A DNA stretch of 24,000 bases from assembly GCF_003258605.2 (NCBI RefSeq), contig NZ_CP031264.1, positions 5,858,232-5,882,231 of the forward strand. Reading direction: 5' to 3'. Each line of letters opens with the position of its first letter. The first letter of the stretch is position 1. Positions 6,860 to 13,451 of the stretch are shown piece after piece. Source of the DNA: Peterkaempfera bronchialis. Its GTDB lineage: Bacteria; Actinomycetota; Actinomycetes; Streptomycetales; Streptomycetaceae. Under the pieces are notes generated by a model. That model had not been told where the DNA came from. It ran no database searches and saw only the letters and a list, made by a program, of their open reading frames with translations. A program made the translations under genes and the position numbers.

Positions 6860-9172
6860 TCAGCCGCTGATCCGCAGGGCTGCCACCCCGTCCGGCGTGC
6901 CCGCCACCAGCTGCGCGTCCCCGGACAGGACCAGTGCCGTGACGGGGCAGCCGAGCCGCAGGTCCAGCTCGGTACCGACGTCGTCCAGCCGACGCACCCG
7001 CAGCAGCCCGTCCGCCCAGGCGGCGGCCACCACCAACCCCCGGTCGATAGCGACGGCGGCCACGGCGGTCACCGGGCAGGGGCGGGCGTCCCACGGTTCG
7101 GGCATCGGGTCGGCGCCGGGTCCCCAGAGCCGTACGCAGCCGTCCAGGCCACCGCTGACCAGCAGCGGCACACCCTGGCCGACCGGCGCGTCGGCCGGCA
7201 GGGCGACGCCCGAGAGTGCGGTGACCGGTCCCCGGTGGAGCCGGTGCCGCTCCTCCCGCCAGTGCACCCGACCCTCCACGTCGCCCACTGCGGGCGGCTC
7301 GCTCGGCAGCCCGGCGAGACAGGCCACCGCGCTCAGCTCGGCGGCGGCCCGCTGCCGCAGCAGATCCAGGGCCGCTGTCAGGTGGTACGGCTCCAGACCG
7401 GCCGGTACACCCGAGCCGGCGGCGGCGGCGGGGGCGGCGGTGGCGGTGGCGGGGGCGGCGGCGTCGAAGGCGGCCTGGATACGCGCCCCCACCTGGGCAC
7501 CCTGGTCGGCGGGGGCCAGCACCTCGGGCACGCCCCAGACGTCCAGCAGGACGACGCTGCCGCCCGGAGCGCAGGCCAGCGACCGCAGCGGCCTGGGCTC
7601 GGGGACGGCGATCCGTCCGGTCGGGTGACCGTCGGCCGCCGACAGGATGCGGACGGCGCCCGTCGGGTCGGCCAGCAGCAGCTGCCCGGCGTACGGGCCG
7701 GTGCCCGCCGCTGCGGCGGCCACCGGGCCCGGCCAGCGACCGGCCGAGCCCGCAGCGGGACGCCACTGCGCCCATTGCGCCTGCCACCCCGCGCCGGCGG
7801 CCGTCGGGGCCAGTCGCTCGGCGGCCGTGTCGTCGCGGCCCAGCAGCCGGGTCCGCAGTACGGCGGCTCGTACGGCCGGGTCGTCCTGCTCGACCAGCGC
7901 GGGCCCGGCGGCGTGCCAGGCGGCGGCGAGGGCGGCGTTCGGGGTACCGGCCTCCAGGGCGGCGGTCACCGCCACCGGGTGGGCGTGCACCAGGAAGGCC
8001 GGGTCGGAGAGCAGTTCGCCGGAGTTGCCCGCGAGCAGGGTGTGGGTGAGCAGCAGGGACAGCCGGTCGGGGTCGGCCGAGGGCAGGTCGGGGCCTCCGC
8101 CGTCGGCCCGGGGCACCGTCCGGGCCAGGGACCGCACCGCTGCGGTGTGGTCCGGTTCGGTGGCCGCGACCACGGAGGGCAGCGGCAGCGGACGCAGCCA
8201 CCAGCCATCGGCGGCGGGGGTGGCCGCCGGGAGCCATCGGGCGGCCTCCCGGACCGCTTCGGCCTCGCCGTACAGGGCGGTCCAGGCGTCCAGGCCGATG
8301 GGGCGGTCCACTGCCGCCAGCGCCGCGACGGCGGCCCTGGCGTTCTCCGGCACCGCCGCCCACCACGCCCGGCAGACGGCCTCCGCCTCCGCGCCGCCCG
8401 CCGCCGTGCCCGCAGTCTCTGCGCCGACCGCCCCCGCCGCTGCCTCCGCGTCAACCGCCTTCGCGCTCGCCGCTGCCTCTGCGCCGACCGCCCCCGCCGC
8501 CGCGTCGCCCGCACTGGACGGGGCCTGCGGGGTGCGGGCGGCGAGCAGGGCCAGGCCGGGGTTGGGGTACACCTGGTCCGCCGTGAAGGCGGAGTGGCCC
8601 CGGGTCGACGCGGCGTACCAGGCGGCGAACCGCTCGCGGTCCGTCCACTGCGGATCGTCCAGGTCCAGCACCGCCGGGTCGGCGACGGCGGTGAAGGCGT
8701 CGGCCAGGGCGGAGCCGGTCGCGGCGTCGACGACCATGCGCAGGTGGGGGAGGGCGAGCAGCGGGTCCAGCAGTTCGGAGACCAGGCGCTGCGGCTCGTC
8801 GGGCAGCCCGGGGCCGCCCGCCAGGTGCAGGTCGGCGACGCAGACCACGGTGGTGCGGGCGTCCTGCTCCAGCGCGGCGACCAGATCGCCGGGCGTACGG
8901 GCGGGGACGTTCAGCTGGGCGGCCATCAGCCAGGTGGCGCTCCGCACCGTGAGACCGGCGGCGGGCAGCAGCGAGTGGACGCGCTGCGTGTGCGGCGTGG
9001 CCGGGTCGGTGCAGGCGGCGGCCAGCCATGCCAGCAGGTGGGTGCGGCCGCTGCCCGGCGAACCCGTGACCCGGCAGAGCCGAGGCGCCCGGTCGTCCTG
9101 CCGCCAGCCCAGCAGTGCCCGTCCGGCGGGCCGCCGTCCTGCCCGTAGCGGTGGTATCCGGCGCTCTTCCAC
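6860..9172 (-). CDS. P-loop NTPase (STAND/NACHT-like) with C-terminal WD40-type repeats; Walker A Lys replaced by Arg
   Basis: GTG 9172 has gggaggagag 6 nt upstream and lies 23 nt after the upstream stop. Walker A is GSPGSGRT and Walker B-like is TTVVCVADL. The C-terminal WD-like blades are LLVSGGLDGCVRLWGP, AAAWADGLLRVRRL, LVAGTPDGVAALRI and LLADPTGAVRIL. The track ORF N-terminus (9173-9556) overlaps the upstream gene and was discarded. Confidence 0.75.
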   Translation of the reverse strand: MEERRIPPLRAGRRPAGRALLGWRQDDRAPRLCRVTGSPGSGRTHLLAWLAAACTDPATPHTQRVHSLLPAAGLTVRSATWLMAAQLNVPARTPGDLVAALEQDARTTVVCVADLHLAGGPGLPDEPQRLVSELLDPLLALPHLRMVVDAATGSALADAFTAVADPAVLDLDDPQWTDRERFAAWYAASTRGHSAFTADQVYPNPGLALLAARTPQAPSSAGDAAAGAVGAEAAASAKAVDAEAAAGAVGAETAGTAAGGAEAEAVCRAWWAAVPENARAAVAALAAVDRPIGLDAWTALYGEAEAVREAARWLPAATPAADGWWLRPLPLPSVVAATEPDHTAAVRSLARTVPRADGGGPDLPSADPDRLSLLLTHTLLAGNSGELLSDPAFLVHAHPVAVTAALEAGTPNAALAAAWHAAGPALVEQDDPAVRAAVLRTRLLGRDDTAAERLAPTAAGAGWQAQWAQWRPAAGSAGRWPGPVAAAAAGTGPYAGQLLLADPTGAVRILSAADGHPTGRIAVPEPRPLRSLACAPGGSVVLLDVWGVPEVLAPADQGAQVGARIQAAFDAAAPATATAAPAAAAGSGVPAGLEPYHLTAALDLLRQRAAAELSAVACLAGLPSEPPAVGDVEGRVHWREERHRLHRGPVTALSGVALPADAPVGQGVPLLVSGGLDGCVRLWGPGADPMPEPWDARPCPVTAVAAVAIDRGLVVAAAWADGLLRVRRLDDVGTELDLRLGCPVTALVLSGDAQLVAGTPDGVAALRISG
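8417..8500. repeat. 60-bp-period in-frame tandem duplication inside the NTPase-WD40 gene
   Basis: The identical 24-mer ctctgcgccgaccgcccccgccgc occurs at 8417-8440 and 8477-8500. It encodes a duplicated AAGAVGAE... Ala-rich segment. Confidence 0.75.
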
Positions 9173-9195
9173 GGTGCTCTCCTCCCGTGCGCCGG

Positions 9196-9975
9196 CTACT
9201 GCTGCTCGGCCACGTGCATCATCAGGTCCTTGATGCCCTGCTCCCGGGAGTCCGCGGTCTCCCCGTAGTCGAAACTGTGGGTGAACTCGGCCTCCGGGAA
9301 GGTACGAGCCATCCACAGCGCACAGTAGTGACCGGGCATCAGACAGGGCTCCAACTCGCAGTAGACCCTGGTGACCGCCTCCGGCTGGACGCCCGCAGCC
9401 GAGAGCCGGTGCCACACCAGCTCCTCGGGGTGCGGCAGGCCGGGCGCGGTGGAGTCGGTGACGATCTGGCGTTCGCCGCGCGCGCCGACGTACTCGAAGG
9501 CCGCCGAGAAGTGGACGTTCAGCGGGTGGCGGATGTCGTCCAGCACCCGGGGCCACCAGCCCTCGCGGTCCGCGAACGCCGCCTCGTCGATGTCGCGCAG
9601 CTCCGCGCGCAGCCGGCGGTAGGTCGCCAGCGCGGCGTCCATGCCATGGGCGTCGTCGATACCGGGCAGCAGCCGGTCCAGGGTCAGCAGCGAGGCGGCG
9701 AATGCCTCCGTGGTGCTGTTGACCGGCATCGGTTCGTTCAGCAGCAGCGCCCGTACGCTGCCGTCGTCGGCCAGTCGGAGCTCCGCGCCCCGGTCGCTGC
9801 CGAGCCGCAGCCCGCCGTCCTCGGCCTCGTCCCGCACCTCCGGCGCCGCGAAGTACGGCCCCACCTGCACCGGCAGCCCCACGGACCCCAGCAGCCCGGG
9901 GCCACCGGCGTACCGGTGCAGTCCACCGGGCCCGAAGTGGGTGGTGAGGGCGGTCTCAAGGTCGCTGCTGCTCAT
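9196..9975 (-). CDS. SUKH-4 immunity-like domain fused to a C-terminal SCP1.201/DddA-family deaminase domain
   Basis: The N-terminal ~150 aa parallel the neighbouring SUKH-4 protein (GLPVQVGPYF, LRLGSDRGAELRLADDGSV, PVNSTTEAFAASLLTL, AAFADREGWWPRVLDD). The C-terminus carries HPEE...VYCELEPCLMPGHYC, that is HxE plus PCx6C zinc ligands. The spacing is the same as in the toxin at 10596..11711. Confidence 0.75.
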   Translation of the reverse strand: MSSSDLETALTTHFGPGGLHRYAGGPGLLGSVGLPVQVGPYFAAPEVRDEAEDGGLRLGSDRGAELRLADDGSVRALLLNEPMPVNSTTEAFAASLLTLDRLLPGIDDAHGMDAALATYRRLRAELRDIDEAAFADREGWWPRVLDDIRHPLNVHFSAAFEYVGARGERQIVTDSTAPGLPHPEELVWHRLSAAGVQPEAVTRVYCELEPCLMPGHYCALWMARTFPEAEFTHSFDYGETADSREQGIKDLMMHVAEQQ

Positions 9976-10038
9976 ATGCTGAGCCCTTCACTGTCGTCGG
10001 CGGCAGGAGCCGACAATACCGGACCGTATGCGGGCGGT

Positions 10039-10578
10039 TCAGTACAGGAACGAATCGAAGTACTCGCTCCACAGTCCGTCCGGCTGGGCAAACGCGATGG
10101 AATCCCTGGTGCCGACCTCATTGCGGACGGATTCCTCGGCCCGGGAGAGATCCTCCTGGTCCGGGTCCTCGCCCGGAATCTCGCGGGCGATGAGGAGAAG
10201 GGTGTAGGCAAAGGCGGAGACATCCGCGTTCACCGGCTCGTACAACTCCTCGGCACCCGGCGAGACATAGACGACCCCGGTGTCCCGGTCGATGTAGACG
10301 CCGGCGTCGCGGACCGAGATATAGCCGATTTTCAGGAGATCCCGGTCCTCCCAGGCGTCGAGCTCCACCTCGTCCTCGGGCTCGATCGCGCCCCCCGGTG
10401 CCCCGGGGTTCGCGGCGGCGACCGCCGAGGTCATCAGGAAGAGACCGGAGCAGTGGGGGATGCCCGTCTCCCAGAGGAAGCGCGCCGTCTCCTGGTGGTG
10501 GACCAGGTCGGCGATCTTCTGCTCGTCAGCCCTCAGCAGGTCCCCGGTGGAGGACGCCGGGTCGATGTCGAAGAGCAC
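10039..10578 (-). CDS. SUKH-4 (SMI1/KNR4 superfamily) immunity protein, cognate to the upstream deaminase toxin
   Basis: GTG 10578 lies 17 nt after the toxin stop, with gggcgggag upstream. Motifs are ETARFLWETGIP, LLKIGYISVRDAGVYIDRDTGVVYV, EPVNADVSAFAYTLLLI and IAFAQPDGLWSEYF. The remainder of track ORF 10039..11733 is a junk extension. Confidence 0.7.
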   Translation of the reverse strand: MLFDIDPASSTGDLLRADEQKIADLVHHQETARFLWETGIPHCSGLFLMTSAVAAANPGAPGGAIEPEDEVELDAWEDRDLLKIGYISVRDAGVYIDRDTGVVYVSPGAEELYEPVNADVSAFAYTLLLIAREIPGEDPDQEDLSRAEESVRNEVGTRDSIAFAQPDGLWSEYFDSFLY

Positions 10579-10595
10579 GTGGGGACTCCCGCCCG

Positions 10596-11711
10596 CTAGT
10601 CGAAGTTCGTGGTGCCCGCGGTGCCGCGGTGGTTTCCGCCCGCATGGTCGGAAACCAGCTGGTCCATATACCTCTGGAACGGCGCATTGCGCAGACCCTT
10701 GTCTTTGACCGAGCTGTCGTACTGTACACCATGGGTGACGTCGAGATTGGGGTTGTGATCGGGGTCCTGCACGTACATGTAAAGCCACCGTTCGCATGTT
10801 GAACCGCTTTGGCACGGCCTTCGCTCGGTATACAGACCATCGATCCCGTGCTCCTGGCCACCCTTTACGAGCGGGTATCCGATCGAGCGCTCCGAGTGGT
10901 TTCTCTTGTTGCTGCTGCGGCCTACCAGTATGTAATCCTTGCCGTCCTCGCCGACATATCGGAGCGACGCGTAGTTGTTGCCCTTGCTGTAGTCCTGCTT
11001 GGCCCTTCTGACGTTCTCCACCGCGAGCGAGAGGTCCGACGGCTCGGTGAGGCGCCGGGACTGCACCACATCGGGATCGTCGTTGCCGACGCGCTTCCGG
11101 GTCCGCTGGTTGGTGGAGTAGGCCTGCTTCTCCTTCGCGGTCGGGTCGTTGACCTTGCCGTTCGAGGTCACCGAGTCGAGGTGGGTGCCCGTCGTACCGG
11201 TCACCTGCGAGAGCTTTCCGTTCTTCAGCTGGTGCACCTGGCCGTCGTCGTCCACGAAGAAGGTCGGGGTGTGCCCGCCGCCCCCTCCCTGCCCGCCGCC
11301 GTTGCCGGACCCGCCGTTCCCGGACCCGCCGTTCCCGGACCCGCCGCTTCCGGAGCCCTCGCCGCCGCCGTGTCCGATCCCGCGCGTGTCGTGCTGCCGG
11401 TCGAGGCTGTCGAGCTCGGTCCGGTGGTGCTGGTCGGTCTGCTTGGTGTTGCGGTGGTGCTGCTTGACCCGGTCGGCGATGCTGTCGAGGTGGCCGGTGA
11501 CCTTCCCCAGGCCGTCGTCGAGGACGTCCTCGACCCGCTCGATGGCGCCGACCAGGTGGCCGAAGGCACCTCCCTTGCCACCGCTTCGGCGGCGGCGGGC
11601 CGAGCCGGTCCGGAAGTGCGTGTGGCGGTCCCTGGCCTTCTGGCTGGTGGCCTTGAACCCCGAGTGCGCGTTCTCGAAGTCGGCGTCGTCCAGCTCCATC
11701 ATGTCGCTCAT
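10596..11711 (-). CDS. Polymorphic-toxin effector: helical N-region, Gly/Ser/Asn linker, C-terminal SCP1.201/DddA-family nucleic-acid deaminase domain
   Basis: The C-terminus reads NHSERSIGYPL...GLYTERRPCQSGSTCERW, that is HxE then PCx5C about 25 residues later, the signature of zinc deaminases. The ATG overlaps the upstream stop (ATGA), with GGGAGGGA 9 nt upstream. Confidence 0.8.
   Translation of the reverse strand: MSDMMELDDADFENAHSGFKATSQKARDRHTHFRTGSARRRRSGGKGGAFGHLVGAIERVEDVLDDGLGKVTGHLDSIADRVKQHHRNTKQTDQHHRTELDSLDRQHDTRGIGHGGGEGSGSGGSGNGGSGNGGSGNGGGQGGGGGHTPTFFVDDDGQVHQLKNGKLSQVTGTTGTHLDSVTSNGKVNDPTAKEKQAYSTNQRTRKRVGNDDPDVVQSRRLTEPSDLSLAVENVRRAKQDYSKGNNYASLRYVGEDGKDYILVGRSSNKRNHSERSIGYPLVKGGQEHGIDGLYTERRPCQSGSTCERWLYMYVQDPDHNPNLDVTHGVQYDSSVKDKGLRNAPFQRYMDQLVSDHAGGNHRGTAGTTNFD
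11296..11355. repeat. 15-bp in-frame tandem repeat x4 encoding (GSGNG)n linker in the toxin
   Basis: The units are ccgccgttgccggac / ccgccgttcccggac / ccgccgttcccggac / ccgccgcttccggag, read directly from the sequence. Confidence 0.85.
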
Positions 11712-12373
11712 ATGCCGAGTCCCTCCCGCACACCGGTCGTACCGGCGTTCAGACCGCTGTCGAGTGCCTTGCCCAGGTCCGGGACGTCGCCGTCACCCAG
11801 GTAGCTGTTGAGTCCGTCGGTGGCGAGCTGCACCACGATGCCCTCGATCACCGAGACCACCGCGTCCTCGACCATGCCGGTGGCGTAGTCGATCAGCTGC
11901 TGCTCCAGCTCGCGCAGCAGCCGGCGGCAGATCTCCCGGCAGACCGTGGTCTCGGCCAGCGCCGCCGCCTCCGAGAGCCCGAAGGTGAAGGCCGCGGCCG
12001 CCGTCGCGGCGGCGATCGAGGCGGCCAGGATGCCCAGCTGGACGACGACCGCGCCCTTGGCTATCTCCACGGCCACCGCCGCCCCGTCCAGCACCGTGCC
12101 CATCACCCGCAGGGCGTCGGCGAAGTCCTGGAGGTGCCCCTTGGAGGTCTTCTCCCAGGCGGCGGCGAACGCCTCGATCGCCTCACCTTTGCTGGACCCC
12201 GCAGTGAGGTGGTACGACGCCTGCGTCCCCGCCACCCGCAGGTCCTCCAGGTGGTCCGCCATCGCCCGGTAGTCGTCGGCCGAGGCCCGCAGCTCGTCCT
12301 CGTCCACATCGGGCCAGTCGATGCCGATCACGTCCAGGAGCCACACCAGCTCGCTCGGCAGCATCACGGACAT
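11708..12373 (-). CDS. WXG100-like / T7SS-associated N-terminal trafficking-domain protein encoded as a stand-alone gene
   Basis: The N-terminus MSVMLPSELVWLLDVIGIDWPDVDEDELRASADDYRAMA matches the LPxxL..lG..WPxxDED opening that I recall from N-termini of actinobacterial polymorphic toxins. It is followed by helices and a hydrophobic stretch AVVVQLGILAASIAAATAAAAFTF. No enzymatic domain is present. Confidence 0.6.
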   Translation of the reverse strand: MSVMLPSELVWLLDVIGIDWPDVDEDELRASADDYRAMADHLEDLRVAGTQASYHLTAGSSKGEAIEAFAAAWEKTSKGHLQDFADALRVMGTVLDGAAVAVEIAKGAVVVQLGILAASIAAATAAAAFTFGLSEAAALAETTVCREICRRLLRELEQQLIDYATGMVEDAVVSVIEGIVVQLATDGLNSYLGDGDVPDLGKALDSGLNAGTTGVREGLGI

Positions 12374-12832
12374 GCGCTCCCACCCCCGTACTCGCCCACC
12401 TGATGTCCAGTCAAACTATCGCGTATCCCACCCGCTTTCACGTGCACATGCCGGATCCGGTTTCCCCCGGGCCCTGTCCTGCCCGCCCATGCCGGGAAGG
12501 GAGTGGCGTCGGTGCCGGGGCTGGTGGGGTTGTGCTGTTCGACGGGGGCGTGAATTCGGGCTTTTCGGGGGCGGATGTGACGTGGGTTATATGGCGTGGG
12601 TCACATATGGGGCGGTTTGGCATGGTCTGCGGTGTGATCTGGGCAATATGACCTGCCTCACTATGGGCTCGCGTAGTGGATATTTGGGGCGTTCCGGTGC
12701 TGTTCGGGGCGGGTGCGGGGTGCTGGAGCCTGCTGGGTGTACGAGGCGCCTTAGTAAGAAGTGGTGATTGACCTGAGGTTTGAGCGCCGTCAACACTCGC
12801 TGATATCCCCCGACGGAAGAGGTAATTCCCGT
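12374..12832. promoter_or_regulatory. 459-bp divergent intergenic region (toxin operon <-> SLT gene), lower GC and G-tract-rich
   Basis: No ORF here has coding-like composition. It contains the inverted repeat atgtgac-N18-gtcacat (12575-12606), the direct repeat gtgctgttcg (12532 and 12697) and several GGGG tracts. Confidence 0.4.
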
Positions 12833-13312
12833 ATGCAGTTCTCCGCGATGTCCAAGTTCGGTCACCTGGTCAAGGCCAAGAGGATTTCCGTGGGCGTCGG
12901 CGCAGCCGGCGTCGCCGTTCTGGCCGGTGTTGTCGGCGCTTCGCCGGCCTCCGCTGCCACCGCCTCCAGCGCCTCCGCCGCCTCCGCCCGCAGCGGCAGT
13001 GTCGACGGCTGGATCAAGCAGTCGCTGTCCGTCATGCACAAGCACGGCATACCCGGCAGCTACAACGGCATCTACCGCAACCTGATGCGCGAATCCAGCG
13101 GAAACCCGATGGCCATCAACAACTGGGACTCGAACGCGAGGGCCGGCATCCCGTCGAAGGGGCTGCTCCAGGTCATCGAGCCGACCTTCAAGGCGTACCA
13201 CGTCAAGGGCACGTCCTGGGACATCTACAACCCGGTCGCGAACATCACCGCCGCCTGCAACTACGCGGCCCATGTCTACGGCTCGATCGACAATGTGAAC
13301 TCGGCTTACTGA
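12833..13312 (+). CDS. Secreted lytic transglycosylase (SLT/GEWL-like domain)
   Basis: The signal peptide is MQFSAMSKFGHLVKAKRISVGVGAAGVAVLAGVVGASPASA. The core is LMRESSGNPMAINNWDSNARAGIPSKGLLQVIEPTF, containing the ES..N catalytic Glu motif and the GLMQ-like GLLQV. ATG 12848 is an alternative start. Confidence 0.8.
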   Translation: MQFSAMSKFGHLVKAKRISVGVGAAGVAVLAGVVGASPASAATASSASAASARSGSVDGWIKQSLSVMHKHGIPGSYNGIYRNLMRESSGNPMAINNWDSNARAGIPSKGLLQVIEPTFKAYHVKGTSWDIYNPVANITAACNYAAHVYGSIDNVNSAY

Positions 13313-13330
13313 GTGTGAGCGACGGGCCTG

Positions 13331-13371
13331 CTGCGGACGCGGCCGATCCACCGGATCGGCCGCGTCCGCAG
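13331..13371 (+). terminator. Rho-independent-type terminator hairpin after the SLT gene
   Basis: ctgcggacgcggccgatcc (13331-13349) pairs perfectly with ggatcggccgcgtccgcag (13353-13371), giving a 19-bp stem followed by ttgctt. Confidence 0.75.
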
Positions 13372-13451
13372 TTGCTTCGCATGCGCGCGGTGCCTGCGAT
13401 TCGGGAATACTGGTCCCTATCAGCAAGCCGCGCACAAGGAGATGGTCACTG

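Noticed and set aside
6156-9148. Very long alternative ORFs across the NTPase-WD40 gene (6156..8366 minus, 736 aa; 6539..9148 plus, 869 aa; also 6897..7628, 7647..9233, 7966..8514 and 8451..9029).
   Set aside because: Their translations are Arg/Gly/Pro/Ala-dominated with no motifs. This is typical of open off-frame or antisense shadows in >70% GC DNA. The 6860..9172 frame alone shows Walker motifs and WD repeats.
11700-11720. The possibility that the WXG100-like gene and the deaminase gene are one gene broken by a frameshift (pseudogene or sequencing error).
   Set aside because: The junction is a clean ATGA stop/start overlap with a good SD (GGGAGGGA) placed 9 nt upstream, as in the other coupled genes of this window. 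It cannot be fully excluded without comparing orthologues, so it is listed under would_refute of the finding.
12540-12832. A ydaO/c-di-AMP riboswitch upstream of the lytic transglycosylase. GGGGCGTGAATTC and CCGTCAACACTCGCTGA vaguely resemble the GGGGUGAAUC and CCGACAGCUAACCUCG blocks.
   Set aside because: Both blocks are imperfect and about 240 nt apart, far more than in the motif as I recall it. The other conserved elements are not visible. An Infernal scan is needed to decide.
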